DNA from: Cyanobacteria bacterium J06626_4 | Lineage (GTDB): Bacteria > Cyanobacteriota > Cyanobacteriia > Phormidesmidales > Phormidesmidaceae | Length of the DNA stretch: 64,000 bases | Direction: 5' to 3' | NCBI GenBank assembly: GCA_038523235.1 | Contig: JBCBJQ010000011.1 | Span: 40,948-104,947, forward strand | Part shown: positions 1-10,873 of the stretch, in pieces | Position numbering within the stretch: the first letter of the stretch is position 1 | Layout of the letters: every line of letters starts with the position of its first letter | Notes under the pieces: model-generated | Databases searched by the model: none | What the model was told of the DNA's origin: nothing | What the model saw: the letters and a program-made list of their open reading frames with translations, nothing else | Translations under genes and position numbers: made by a program

Positions 1-1320
1 ATCTTTCGACCATTGGCCTATATGGAAGCGAACGCTCGGCGCTATGGCGATTTCTTTTTTGCCAAATGGGGGCTGCTGGACTGGATCTTTGTCAGCCATC
101 CAGAGGCGCTCAAAACCATCTTGACCCAAGACCAGGGGCCCACCATCACGGCCCCTGGCGATGCCAACAAGATATTAGAACCGCTGCTGGGCAAGCATTC
201 GGTTATTTTGCTGAACGGTGAGCAGCACCAGCAACGCCGCAAGCTGATCATGCCGCCCTTTCACGGCGAACGGCTGAAGGTTTACGCCGATTTGATTCAA
301 ACCATCACGCGATCGCTGATGGATGAGATGACTGTGGGGCAATCCTTTCGAGCGCGAGACGTCATGCAAAAAATCACCATGCGGGTGATTTTGCAGGCGA
401 TCTTTGGTCTGCATGAGGGCGAGCGCTATCGCCGCCTTGAAACCCTACTGGCCGAACGGCTCGACATGCTCAGCAGTCCCCTGGCCTCAACGGTGGTGTT
501 CTTTCCGCTGTTACAGACCGACCTGGGTGACTGGAGCCCCGGCGCTAAGCTGGCTAAGCAAAGTCAAGAGATTGACGAGTTGCTCTATGCTGAAATCAGC
601 GATCGCCGGGCCGCGCCCGACTCAGATCGCGACGATATTTTATCCTTGCTGTTGCAAACCACCGATGAAGACGGCAATGGGCTGAGTGACCAAGAACTGC
701 GCGATGAGCTGATGACCCTTTTGGTGGCAGGGCATGAAACCACCGCCACGGCCCTCACCTGGAGCCTATATTGGGCGCACCACCAGCCCATAATTAAAGA
801 GCAGGTGCAGCAGGAAATTGAGGCGGCAGGCGCGGGCGATGATGCCTTGGCTCTAACCAAACTGCCCTATCTCAGCGCGGTCTGCAACGAGACCCTGCGC
901 ATTTATCCAGTGGCGATGCTGACCTTTCCTCGGCTGACCCATGAACCGTTGGAATTGATGGGGCATCCCATTGCCCCCAACACGCTGCTGGTGGGCTGTA
1001 TTTACCTCTTGCACCACCGTGAAGATCTGTACCCTGAGCCCGACAAATTCCGGCCAGAGCGGTTTTTAGAGCGGCAGTTCTCAGCGTTTGAGTTTATGCC
1101 GTTTGGGGCAGGGGCGCGGCGCTGTGTTGGCTATGCCCTGGCCATGTATGAGCTGAAAATTGCCCTGGGAACCCTGCTGAGCGACTATGACTTGGCGCTG
1201 ACTCGCGATCGCCCCCTACCGCCCGAGCGACGAGGCGTCACCCTCGGCATGAAAGGCGACGTCGAGATGGTTTTTAACGGCAAGCGGGCGGTTGCCCCCC
1301 CGGCTTTGGCCCAGATTTAA
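1..1320 (+). CDS. Cytochrome P450 (CYP110-like), 5' end cut by window edge
   Basis: I-helix AGHETT, ExxR (ETLR), PERF and heme motif FGAGARRCVG; the frame is open from base 1, so the real start lies upstream. Confidence 0.93.
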   Translation: MFRPLAYMEANARRYGDFFFAKWGLLDWIFVSHPEALKTILTQDQGPTITAPGDANKILEPLLGKHSVILLNGEQHQQRRKLIMPPFHGERLKVYADLIQTITRSLMDEMTVGQSFRARDVMQKITMRVILQAIFGLHEGERYRRLETLLAERLDMLSSPLASTVVFFPLLQTDLGDWSPGAKLAKQSQEIDELLYAEISDRRAAPDSDRDDILSLLLQTTDEDGNGLSDQELRDELMTLLVAGHETTATALTWSLYWAHHQPIIKEQVQQEIEAAGAGDDALALTKLPYLSAVCNETLRIYPVAMLTFPRLTHEPLELMGHPIAPNTLLVGCIYLLHHREDLYPEPDKFRPERFLERQFSAFEFMPFGAGARRCVGYALAMYELKIALGTLLSDYDLALTRDRPLPPERRGVTLGMKGDVEMVFNGKRAVAPPALAQI

Positions 1321-1388
1321 TCCCCCTCTACTCACTCGCGACTTTCTACTGGATACTAAAAGCAGCAGCTTTCACAGCGTGTAAGACC

Positions 1389-2759
1389 ATGGCAAACGGC
1401 AAGCGACGGTTGAGATGGGCAGTGGCAGGCGTCGTTGCCTGTGGGGGCTTGGCGGGCTTGACCTGCTCGGCTACCCCGCCGCCTGCCGAGGTCGACGTGG
1501 CCCCCGACAGCGCGCCTGCTGAGGCCGAAAAATCGCCCCTCACCCTGGCGTTTGAAGCCGCCGCTGCCGCCGCCCAGCAGGCTCAATCCGCCACGACCGC
1601 CGCTGAGTGGAGTGCGGTGGCGACGGCCTGGTCGGAAGCGATTCAAGCCTTACAGGCCGTCCCACCGGATAGCCCGCAGTGGCTGTTTGCCCAGCGCAAG
1701 ACCCGTGAATATTTGATTAACCAGGAGATTGCCCTGTCGCGTGTTGAAACTGCCGGAGCGCAGCGAGTCTTTCCACCGTTGGGCAACGCCGTGCTGGATG
1801 AGCAGTTAGCGGTGTATCTGTCCTATGTTGCGACCTTCGGCAAGCCTGATGTGTTGGTGATTGGCAGTTCGCGAGCGCTGCAGGGCGTGAACCCCCAGAT
1901 TTTGCAGCAGCGGTTGTCAGCCCAAGGGATCGACTCGCTCAAGGTTTACACGTTTGCCGTCAATGGGGCGACGGCCCAGGTGATGAGCTTTGTCTTGCGG
2001 CGATTGCTCACGCCCGAGCAGATGCCGCGCCTGATTGTGTGGGCAGGCGGCGCGCGATCGTTCAACAGCGGGCGGGTCGATCTCACCTTTGCCCGCATTT
2101 TGGAATCACCGGGTTATGAGGCGCTAGAAGCGGGCGATCGCCCTGATATTGGCTGGCTCGATGGCGAAGCCGTGGTGGATGACGCGCCGGCCGATTTAGC
2201 CATTGCCACTGCTATTAACGGCTATGGCTTTTTAGAGGTGAGTGACGTTTTTGATCCGGCGATTTACTATCAAAATTTCCCCCGAGTGGCGGGGCGGTAC
2301 GACTCTTCTTACCAAGCCTTTAACCTCGATGGCGTGCAGACTGTCTCCTTTCGGGCGATCGCCACCTTCACTCAGGGCAATGACATTCCCCTGGTGTTCG
2401 TCAACCTGCCCCTCAGCACTGATTATTTAGATGCCACTCGGCTGTTTTACGAGCAGCAATTTCAGCAATATTTAGCGACTGAGGCTGAGCAGGGTGGTTT
2501 TGTGGTGGTGGATTTGCTGCAGGCATGGCCCGACCTGAATAATATTTTTGCTGACCCCAGCCATCTCAACCAGGTCGGCGCGGCTCAGGTAGCCATCAAA
2601 CTAGCGGAAGATCCCACGGTGCCCTGGCATATTTTTGATGATGAGGCGACGAGTGAGGCCTCTAATCGATCGACCGCGGAGGCCGATGAGCCCGGAGAGT
2701 CTGCCCCAGCAGCTGAGGAGAGCGACGATGACGCGCAAAATGGCGGCGCTGCTGAGTAA
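1389..2759 (+). CDS. Secreted/membrane-anchored SGNH-hydrolase-like protein (DUF1574-like)
   Basis: N-terminal basic + hydrophobic segment, block I-like VLVIGSSR and C-terminal DxxH (DPSHLN); acidic disordered tail. Confidence 0.6.
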   Translation: MANGKRRLRWAVAGVVACGGLAGLTCSATPPPAEVDVAPDSAPAEAEKSPLTLAFEAAAAAAQQAQSATTAAEWSAVATAWSEAIQALQAVPPDSPQWLFAQRKTREYLINQEIALSRVETAGAQRVFPPLGNAVLDEQLAVYLSYVATFGKPDVLVIGSSRALQGVNPQILQQRLSAQGIDSLKVYTFAVNGATAQVMSFVLRRLLTPEQMPRLIVWAGGARSFNSGRVDLTFARILESPGYEALEAGDRPDIGWLDGEAVVDDAPADLAIATAINGYGFLEVSDVFDPAIYYQNFPRVAGRYDSSYQAFNLDGVQTVSFRAIATFTQGNDIPLVFVNLPLSTDYLDATRLFYEQQFQQYLATEAEQGGFVVVDLLQAWPDLNNIFADPSHLNQVGAAQVAIKLAEDPTVPWHIFDDEATSEASNRSTAEADEPGESAPAAEESDDDAQNGGAAE

Positions 2760-2856
2760 GCCCATCGTTAGGTGTGTTACTGACTGGATCCCGAGCTGAA
2801 CCCAATTTTCCCCACTGCGCGCCTGACTGGTGAATTCAGGGGGTTGAGCCAGGCAT

Positions 2857-3117
2857 TCATTTTTCTAGCCGGATGGCAAACCACTGCATTGTTTGACCCG
2901 GCTGCAACTCAAAATCGCAGGCGGTGTTGATCAGTGACTGCGCCTGGGCTTCAACCGTGGGGAGTTTGGCCAGGTCACGGGGCAGGTCAGACTGGCGATC
3001 ACCCAAAATCTTTTCCAGCCGCTGCTGCAGTTCTGCCGCCGTCAAAATCTCCTCAGCGGCTCCTGGCATCAGCAACACAAAGTGGTCTTCTTCATACATC
3101 AACGAGCGATCGGGCAT
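2857..3117 (-). CDS. Chlororespiratory reduction protein 7 (CRR7) family, NDH-1 assembly
   Basis: MPDxxMYEEDHFVLL...EEILTxxEL...CDFELQPGQTMQWFAIRLEK matches the CRR7 pattern; start moved to ATG at 3117. Confidence 0.82.
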   Translation of the reverse strand: MPDRSLMYEEDHFVLLMPGAAEEILTAAELQQRLEKILGDRQSDLPRDLAKLPTVEAQAQSLINTACDFELQPGQTMQWFAIRLEK

Positions 3118-3410
3118 GGGGAAATTCTCCACAAGTTGAGCAAGAGCATCAAACGGATATCCGGTGACAAAGGGCGGGGGCAGGCAGCCAGCGCAAGCCG
3201 GGATACAGATTTCCTCACCATGATTCCGCAAGTCGCGATTGCGGTCGAGGCGAAAGCTCTCTCTTACTGTAACCAAGAGCAGGCAAAGGACTCTGAGAAT
3301 CGGCCCCGAAGCAAATCTATCTCGATCAGCCTAGAAACCGACTCAAGGCTCAGCAAGGGTGACCTGGCAAGGCATGATGTCAGTGGTTTGTTGTGCCGTA
3401 GGAAGTGGTT

Positions 3411-4196
3411 ATGACCGTCATACAGGTGGGGGCGTTTATCGTTTCGGGGTTGTTTGCCGGGGTGCTCGCAGGCTTTTTGGGCATTGGCGGCGGCACGGTG
3501 CTAGTGCCGATTTTGATTACGCTCGGCTATGCCCCCATTCAAGCGGTGGCCACCAGCAGCCTAGCCATTATCATCACGTCACTGTCTGGCAGTTTTCAAA
3601 ACTGGCGCATGGGGTATCTCGACTTTAAGCGCGTGGCGCTGTTGGGATTGCCCGCCATGATCACGGCGCAGTTAGGAGTGCTGACTGCGAGTCGGCTGCC
3701 CGAGTCGCTGTTGCTAATTGCCTTTGCCACTCTGCTGGCGCTCAATATCTATCTGGTGGGGGTACGCAAGCGACTGGCGCAGCAGCCCAACAGCGACGGG
3801 ACACCAGCCCCTCGCATTAATCCGGTGGGGGCGCGATTGCTCACTGGCGGCGTGGCAGGCTTTTTGGCTGGGCTGCTGGGCATTGGTGGTGGGGTGATTA
3901 TGGTGCCACTGCAAATGCTACTGCTAGGAGAAACCATTAAACGCGCCATTCAAACCAGTTTGGGGGTAATTGTATTGACGGCGATCGCCTCTACTATCGG
4001 GCATGCCATTCAGGGCAATGTGGTGTGGGTCGGCGGCATTATCTTGGGTTTGGGCGGCCTAATGGGTGCTCAATTGAGCACCCGAGCATTACCCCAACTG
4101 CCAGATCGCGTCGTTTCCCTACTATTTCGCGCCTTGCTGGCAATCCTGATTGTCTATACACTGTGGCAAGCCTGGCAGCAAAGCGTCGCATCGTAA
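3411..4196 (+). CDS. Sulfite exporter TauE/SafE family membrane protein
   Basis: Two GxxGIGGGxxxVP repeats, multiple transmembrane helices, AVATS/AIQTS motifs. Confidence 0.9.
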   Translation: MTVIQVGAFIVSGLFAGVLAGFLGIGGGTVLVPILITLGYAPIQAVATSSLAIIITSLSGSFQNWRMGYLDFKRVALLGLPAMITAQLGVLTASRLPESLLLIAFATLLALNIYLVGVRKRLAQQPNSDGTPAPRINPVGARLLTGGVAGFLAGLLGIGGGVIMVPLQMLLLGETIKRAIQTSLGVIVLTAIASTIGHAIQGNVVWVGGIILGLGGLMGAQLSTRALPQLPDRVVSLLFRALLAILIVYTLWQAWQQSVAS

Positions 4197-4423
4197 GCGA
4201 TTTAGGTGTTCTGGTGATGGCAACCAGCTCCGATCTCGTTAATCAGTTTTTCCGGCAGCTAGCTGCTTTGAATCGCTCATGCCAATTCTCTGCAACAAGA
4301 CCATAAATCCGGCTCTCCCCCCCCCCTTGACTCCCCGACATTGCCAATGGCCTGGGAAATTCCGATGAGTAAAAATAACGGCAGTTCGGGTTAAGCTCAT
4401 CCCCGTTTCTTTCCCCTCTGGGG

Positions 4424-4727
4424 CTAATCCTGTAAGGGTTTCCCCAAAAGCTTATGCGGCTTAGCTTGGAACCTCCTTGATAACCTTGGTGGTGGCACTT
4501 TTCGGTGGGCTAAAGTCCTGTTGCGGCTTAGCTTGGAACCTCCTTGATAACCTTGGTGGTGGCACTTTTCGGTGGGCTAAAGTCCTGTAGACCACCTGTC
4601 GGGTAGGCTTCCAGCCTGCCGCCCTCACCCGTCGGGGTCAAGACGACACCTGAACCGCATGGCTCAGCCGCCTCGAACGGCCAAGATGGCCGTCAAACAA
4701 GATAGTCCAAAACCCCTACAGGATTAG
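4424..4727. mobile_element. Non-autonomous MITE (304 bp) with terminal inverted repeats and 8-bp target duplication
   Basis: Left end CTAATCCTGTAAGGGTTT; right end AAACCCCTACAGGATTAG (1 mismatch to its reverse complement); flanked by direct CTCTGGGG at 4416-4423 and 4728-4735. Confidence 0.75.
4455..4588. repeat. Perfect tandem duplication of a 67-bp unit
   Basis: 4455-4521 is identical to 4522-4588 (TGCGGCTTAGC...GCTAAAGTCCTGT). Confidence 0.95.
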
Positions 4728-4908
4728 CTCTGGGGAGGGGCTAATGGGGTGGGTTGCACCACTCTCAGCAGGATGTCGATACCCACCCCGCCTTTGGCAC
4801 CCCTCCCCAGAGGGGATTGTCGCCTCAATCGGCTGGTAGGAACGCATTCCGAACTCAGGTCAAAAATTATGCATCCGGTCTGCTATGGCCCCGCTGTCTC
4901 ACTGTGAA

Positions 4909-7608
4909 TTAACGATTAAGGGCCTTGTGGATCGCCTGCAGTAAATCTTCAACTGCGTAGGGTTTTGGCAAAAAGGCATGAATCGTGAGGTCAGCCTGAT
5001 TAGACAACTCATTGACCGACACAACACCACTGGTCATCACCGCCTTGAGCTGCGGGTTGATCTGCTGTAGCGTTTTAAGCGCCGTCGCCCCTGACATACG
5101 CGGCATCCGCATATCCATCAGCACGCCGTCAATATCGGCCGATCGCGCCTCATACACCGCGATCGCTTCCACCCCATCGGCGGCGGTGAGCACCCGGTAA
5201 TTATGGCTTTCTAACAAGGCTCGGGTGACGTAGCGAATTTGAGGTTCATCGTCTACCACCAAAATGAGTTGCCCTGACCCGAGGGGTAATTCCTGCTCGC
5301 TGTCGGGTGAGGGCGATTTGATCGCCGCCGCCGGTAGCGCAATTGTAAAGTGCGTGCCCTGATCAACCTGGCTGTTGACCTGCAGTAGTCCTTGGTGACT
5401 TTTGACGATGCTGGCCACGGTCGAGAGTCCCAGACCCGTACCGGCACCGGGGGCTTTGGTGGTAAAAAACGGATCAAAAACTTTGTCGATCAAGTCAGGC
5501 GGCATGCCGGTACCGGTATCAGTCACGTCAATCACCACGTAGGAGGAGCTGTCGTGGGCGGGCGAAGACTCCGCGCCATCGGCATCGAGATAAGCATTGC
5601 GGGCGGAGAGTGATAGCACCCCACCGGCCGGCATGGCGTCTCTGGCATTCACACACAGATTCATCAACACCTGGTACAGATGGGTGGCGTCGCCCATGAG
5701 CATCCACAAATCTGGCGGCAGGTGGACTTGAATCGCGATCGTGGGCGGAAAGGTTTTGCGCACAAATCGCTTAATTTCAGTGAGCAAATAGCCAATATTT
5801 AAGGCCGTGAAGTCGCTCGTGGCTCCCTGAGCAAAGGCCAAAATTTGTTTCGATAGGGCCGCCCCGCGATGGGCCGAGTTGCCGAGGATATCGATCAGCT
5901 CCGCCGTGGTTGGATCATCCTTGGGCAGCTTGTAGGGCAAAATCTGAGCGATGCCCAAAATTGGGGTCAAAATATTATTCAGGTCATGGGCGATGCCGCT
6001 GGCTAACGTGCCCAGACTTTCGAGCCGCTGGGCTCGCAGCAGCTGAGCTTCTAACTGCTTGCGTTCAGTAATGTCAGTGTCAACCGACAAGACGGCTGCC
6101 GGCTGCCCGGCGGCGTTGCGCACCAGGGTCCAACGGCTCTCGATGATGCGCACCTTGTTTGCCTTGGTGGATTTTTGCAGCTCACCGTGCCATTCCCCGT
6201 GGTTGAGCACCGTCTGCCAGGCTAACTCCAGCTGGTGAAAAGGTTCTGAGTTGAGCAGCGTATCGACATTGCGACCCAGAACTTCGGACGATGGCCAACC
6301 GTAGATCTGTTCTGCCCCGCGACTCCAAAAGAGCAGCCGACTCTCGAGGTCACGCACGAGAAAGGCATCCGTCGCAATGTCGATGAGTTCGGCCTGTTCT
6401 TTCAGCAATTGTTCCGTGCGTTTGCGGGCGGTGATATCGCGCTGAATCGCAACGAAATGGGGCACCTGCTGGTCCCTGGCATTGGCGATGGTAATCGGCA
6501 CTAACTCCAGCTCCACCCAAAACTCAGTGCCGTCTTGCCGGTAGTTGATCAGTTCTTCGCGAATTTTTTGACGGGTTTTCAGGGCGGCCCGAATGCGATC
6601 GAGGCTGGCGCGATCGGTTTTCGGGCCTTGCAAAATGCGCGGCGTTTGACCCACGATTTCGGCCTGGGTGTAGCCAGTCATTGCCGTAAATGCCGGGTTG
6701 ACATAGACAATGCGCGGCCCCGGCGGCTCAATCAGATCAGCCTCGGTGACCAGCACGGCATCATTCGCGTGCAGCACTACCGATTCCAGCAGGCGCAGCT
6801 GATCTTGCCGCTGCTGGCGATCGGTCACATCCATCACGGTGCCCAAGAGCTTGACGACATCGCCCTGGGCGTTTTTAATGGCCTCGCTGGTGCCTTCTAG
6901 GTAGCGGCGCTCCCCCGTAGGACGCCTAATTTGTCCGGCTAGGGGTTGGGGTTCACCCGTGGCGATCGCCCACTGCAACGTTTGTTTGACTCGGGTCCAA
7001 TCTTCAGGCGAAAAGAACTGGGCAAGATGGGATAGTTCGGGGGCTGGGGCGTTGGGATTCAGGCCAAACAATCGCAACATTTCAGCGGAGCATAGGGGCG
7101 TGCGGGTCACCAAGTCAAATTCCCAACTGCCAATGTGAGCCAGTTCCTGGGCTTTCGCCAAGTTCGCTTGGCTGCGCCGCAGGGCGGTCTCAGCTTGCTT
7201 GTCGGTGCTAATGTCAACAATCAGCGCGTAATAGCCCTGCACGCGATCATGACGATCAAAATCGGGAATCAGCGTGCCCCGAATATGACGACGCCCCTGG
7301 GCGTAGGGCAGCACTGCCTCATAGGTCACCTGTTCACCATCAAAGACTTGGTCAATATAGGGCTTGACCTTTTGATAGGCGACATCGCCTATCACTTGCC
7401 AGAGGTATTGACCATCAATGGTTTGGCGATCTAATTGAAACCAAGCTTCATAGGTGGTATTGACAAAGCGATAGCGCAAATCGGCATCAAGGTAAGAAAC
7501 ACAGGCCGGCAACTCATCCACAATCAAGTTCAGGCGCGATTCATAATGAGACGAATCAGTGGGCGCTGGATAGCGATCGCTAATGTCACAAAAGGGATAA
7601 CTTTGCAT
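4909..7608 (-). CDS. Hybrid sensor histidine kinase (4 PAS + HisKA + HATPase + REC)
   Basis: Four PAS/PAC repeats, H-box [10 protein letters not shown]-box NARDAM, G-boxes DTGTG/GTGLGL, C-terminal receiver ILVVDDE...MDMRMP...KP. Confidence 0.95.
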   Translation of the reverse strand: MQSYPFCDISDRYPAPTDSSHYESRLNLIVDELPACVSYLDADLRYRFVNTTYEAWFQLDRQTIDGQYLWQVIGDVAYQKVKPYIDQVFDGEQVTYEAVLPYAQGRRHIRGTLIPDFDRHDRVQGYYALIVDISTDKQAETALRRSQANLAKAQELAHIGSWEFDLVTRTPLCSAEMLRLFGLNPNAPAPELSHLAQFFSPEDWTRVKQTLQWAIATGEPQPLAGQIRRPTGERRYLEGTSEAIKNAQGDVVKLLGTVMDVTDRQQRQDQLRLLESVVLHANDAVLVTEADLIEPPGPRIVYVNPAFTAMTGYTQAEIVGQTPRILQGPKTDRASLDRIRAALKTRQKIREELINYRQDGTEFWVELELVPITIANARDQQVPHFVAIQRDITARKRTEQLLKEQAELIDIATDAFLVRDLESRLLFWSRGAEQIYGWPSSEVLGRNVDTLLNSEPFHQLELAWQTVLNHGEWHGELQKSTKANKVRIIESRWTLVRNAAGQPAAVLSVDTDITERKQLEAQLLRAQRLESLGTLASGIAHDLNNILTPILGIAQILPYKLPKDDPTTAELIDILGNSAHRGAALSKQILAFAQGATSDFTALNIGYLLTEIKRFVRKTFPPTIAIQVHLPPDLWMLMGDATHLYQVLMNLCVNARDAMPAGGVLSLSARNAYLDADGAESSPAHDSSSYVVIDVTDTGTGMPPDLIDKVFDPFFTTKAPGAGTGLGLSTVASIVKSHQGLLQVNSQVDQGTHFTIALPAAAIKSPSPDSEQELPLGSGQLILVVDDEPQIRYVTRALLESHNYRVLTAADGVEAIAVYEARSADIDGVLMDMRMPRMSGATALKTLQQINPQLKAVMTSGVVSVNELSNQADLTIHAFLPKPYAVEDLLQAIHKALNR

Positions 7609-8072
7609 GCGAATTCAAAATCCTATCGCGGCGAAAACTTGAAATCGAATGACGATCCTGAAAAGAAGCTTAACTGACTGTATTTTTATTCCTGAAAACT
7701 TATTAAGTAATGTCTATTTTGCTGTCGAAATTATTCGTTGGCTCGTTGACGGCATCAGCGATATCGCAGTCGCCAGTCCAGTTAGGGAAAGACTACGGCC
7801 TCTTTGCTGAGGCGCGAAGATTTCTGAATTTGCCCATATCGATGAAGGGGGCTCGACCTACAGCGATCGCAAGCCGCAGTTTGATCCACTCATTGCCGAT
7901 GGCGGCAGTCGCCATCTGATCAATCTTTTAATTCTGCCTTCCAACTTCCGCATTCCGAAGGCTGCTGTACCCCTCTTTCCAACAGTTGCCCTTGGCACCT
8001 GTCGAGTCACCTATGATGGCATTGCGGAGTATGTGCAGTAGGCAATCACGGCCTTTGATATGGTTTCGAAAG

Positions 8073-8975
8073 CTATTCAGTAAAGTAATCAAGATCAATT
8101 TTCTTGACTTCGTAGACTTCTTTGGTGCTAACGCCAACGCCGAATTCAATCATGTATTGGGCAAGCAATTTGCCATCAAGAAGAATTATTTTGCTGTCAA
8201 TGCGAGATACAAAATCTCTTGCTTCAGCCGTAAAGGTTGACGATGTGATAAAGATTCCTTTTTTGGCTCTGAACCCCTGCAATGCCCCTGCGAATTTCTG
8301 CACTTCAGGACGACCGACTGGAGCTTCCCACCGTTTAGCCTGCACGTAGATAATATCCAGACCTAACCGATCTTCGTTGATAGTGCCGTCAATTCCACTG
8401 TCGCCGCTACGGCCAACAATCTTGCTCGCATCTTTGCGAGTGCCACCGTATCCCATCTTGACTAATACATCGATAACAAGCCTCTCAAAGAATCCCGGAG
8501 AGCCGTGCTTGATGGTGTCAATCAACTCAGATGCCACTTCCTGCGTTAATCCCTGGACAATTGATTCCAAGTTTTCCTCAGGCGTTTTTTCAGAAACTTG
8601 AGAGCTTTCTTCAGAATCTGAGGTGTCCCGCTTGAAGTTTTTGAACTCAACGAATTCAGGAAATTGCTCCAAGAATTTAACGTTGATGCTGGCAGGTCTT
8701 TGCCGAACAACAGATTGGCCCCTATCAGTGATTTGCAGATAACCACGCCGAGTTGTCTTCAGCAGTTCAGCCTTTTTGAGATAGGTTCTAGCCCACCCCA
8801 CGCGATTGTCAAAAGTGGCTTGTCGACCACTTGGCAGCATTTCTTGGGTATCTGCTTCGCTCAGATTGAAATGAGCAGAAAGCATATCGATTGCTTCTCT
8901 CAAGGAATATTCTCGACCATCTGCTGACATGTTCAGCAGTGGCAGCATAATGGATTGATAATCAGGAATGGGCAC
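8073..8975 (-). CDS. mrr: Mrr-family type IV restriction endonuclease
   Basis: N-terminal winged helix (MPIPDYQSIMLP...NRVGWARTYLKKA) and Mrr_cat GDSGIDG...YVQAKRW...GIFITSSTF. Confidence 0.93.
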   Translation of the reverse strand: MPIPDYQSIMLPLLNMSADGREYSLREAIDMLSAHFNLSEADTQEMLPSGRQATFDNRVGWARTYLKKAELLKTTRRGYLQITDRGQSVVRQRPASINVKFLEQFPEFVEFKNFKRDTSDSEESSQVSEKTPEENLESIVQGLTQEVASELIDTIKHGSPGFFERLVIDVLVKMGYGGTRKDASKIVGRSGDSGIDGTINEDRLGLDIIYVQAKRWEAPVGRPEVQKFAGALQGFRAKKGIFITSSTFTAEARDFVSRIDSKIILLDGKLLAQYMIEFGVGVSTKEVYEVKKIDLDYFTE

Positions 8976-9254
8976 GAGAATATTTCAGGCAAGAGACTAC
9001 ACGTCATCAGATTACCCATTGCTTGACTGCCCAGTTCTAATTGCTCTGGTTTCGGTAAGTCTGCCCGAAAACTTTGACAATGACTGTCCTCAAAACAACC
9101 AAGTTAGTGACTTTGACGCAGGTAGGAGATTTCTGATAATTCTAAAGATACCCATCCTGCAGTGCGTTGCGCTGCGCTGACAGCACCCCACCAACGGTAA
9201 ATTCTTTTCTAAAGATCCCCTTAGACGAATCACCCCGGAATCCCGTGAGGCCCA

Positions 9255-9518
9255 TCAGGAGCCCTTTTGATTGGCGGAACGAAACCGGCCTGATAAAAAC
9301 GGACGCTGCTGACGATGCTTGGTGCTGCGACCGGTAACCCGCTTGCGCCACATCCGAAAGCTGCTTGCTTTCATTGATTGCCGCATGAGCCGAATGACGT
9401 CCTTTTCTGGCAGGCCAAACTGCAGTTCGATCGCCTCAAACGGGGTGCGATCTTCCCAAGCCATCTCAATGATGCGATCGCGATCGCCGGCACTCAGTTC
9501 TGGCAAAGCTTTTCCCAT
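9255..9518 (-). CDS. TIGR03643/DUF2805 family protein
   Basis: RIIEMAWEDRTPFEAI...SSFRMWRKRV signature. Confidence 0.88.
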   Translation of the reverse strand: MGKALPELSAGDRDRIIEMAWEDRTPFEAIELQFGLPEKDVIRLMRQSMKASSFRMWRKRVTGRSTKHRQQRPFLSGRFRSANQKGS

Positions 9519-9721
9519 GGTGGCTCTCGTTCAATCAACGTCAGTGCTGAGGCATCTAGCCTTCAGCGTCGCCCCTTCATCCTAACGAGCTGGTCGCCCA
9601 GACAGGAGCGAGACACCACATCTCTATCCCGTGGCGGATTTGAACGATGATTCGCCCGTCTAAATCTGCCCGTGAGCGGGTAAGGTTGATTTGGCATTAT
9701 TGATTAGGAAAATACGCGATC

Positions 9722-10672
9722 GTGGCGGCTACTTTTTTTCAGCGCAATTCTGACCTGCAGGCGGTTTTAGACCAGGTACTTGAGCAAACCTGGGCCGAGT
9801 TTCCAAAACTGGCACGGAACCAAATTGCCGCCACCTGGATTGTGTATGAGCCCCCGTTTCCGATCAACACGGGCGGGGCAATTAGCGCAGCTGATTTTTG
9901 GCAGCAGTCGCCGCCGGGGGCCAGCTATCGCGGGGTCGAGGCGATCTACCCAGCCAGCGTGGTGAAGCTGTTTTACCTCGTGGCGGCCCACGAATGGTTA
10001 GAACGGGAAATGGTGTCGTCAACGCCAGAGCTGGTGCGAGCGCTGCGCGACATGATTGTCGATTCCAGCAATGATGCGACGGGGCTCGTGGTGGATGTGC
10101 TGACCGGGACGACCAGTGGCCCCGAGCTGCCAGCCGGGCCGCTAGAAACCTGGCAGACCCAGCGCAACATCGTGAATCGCTATTTTGAGTCGCTGCAGTG
10201 GCCGGAGCTGGCGACGATTAACGTCAATCAAAAGACTTGGTGTGATGGCCCCTATGGTCGTGAGCGGCTGTTTTTGGGTGAGACCTATGAAAATCGCAAT
10301 GTGCTGACGACGGAAGCAACAGCCCGACTGCTGCACAGCATCATCGGTGGGGTGGCAGTCACCGGGGAGCGATCGCAGGCGATGATGGCGCTGTTGCAGC
10401 GATCGCTCGATCTCCGCCAGTTGGCCGCTGATCCTGAGAATCAGGTCACGGGCTTTTTAGGGGCGGGCCTACCGCTTACCGCTCAACTGTGGTCAAAAGC
10501 CGGACTCACCAGCAAGGTGCGTCACGATGCTGCCTATATTGAGCTGCCAGAGCACCCGCCGTTTCAATTGGTGGTCTTTACGGAAGGCGCAGACGCGAGC
10601 CAAAACGAACACATCTTGCCGTTTGTGGCCCAAACGTTATTACCAGCCTGGTCCGCAGCGGCTATGGGCTGA
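9722..10672 (+). CDS. Serine hydrolase, class A beta-lactamase-like family
   Basis: SxxK (ASVVK), SxN (DSSNDA) and KAG motifs. Confidence 0.88.
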   Translation: MAATFFQRNSDLQAVLDQVLEQTWAEFPKLARNQIAATWIVYEPPFPINTGGAISAADFWQQSPPGASYRGVEAIYPASVVKLFYLVAAHEWLEREMVSSTPELVRALRDMIVDSSNDATGLVVDVLTGTTSGPELPAGPLETWQTQRNIVNRYFESLQWPELATINVNQKTWCDGPYGRERLFLGETYENRNVLTTEATARLLHSIIGGVAVTGERSQAMMALLQRSLDLRQLAADPENQVTGFLGAGLPLTAQLWSKAGLTSKVRHDAAYIELPEHPPFQLVVFTEGADASQNEHILPFVAQTLLPAWSAAAMG

Positions 10673-10873
10673 CTGGCGGGTGCCATGAGAACGGTTATTT
10701 AAGTGGCGGGTGATGCGATCTGACAGTGGTAGAATCTGCTTGAATTTTTCACAGTGACTGCAGAGCCACCCCAGAGCCCAATCGCCGGCATCGCCGAGGG
10801 GGAAGGGGCAAGCTGCTGCTTTTTATCGCTGCTGAGAAATGCTTCATGGTGTATTGATGGAGTGATTATAAAC

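Noticed and set aside
4455..4588. CRISPR array
   Set aside because: Only two abutting identical 67-bp units, with no unique spacers and no cas genes.
7710..8070. Small ORFs or gene remnant next to mrr (possible partner or antitoxin)
   Set aside because: The short frames lack a clear RBS or recognisable motif; I cannot support a call without a search.
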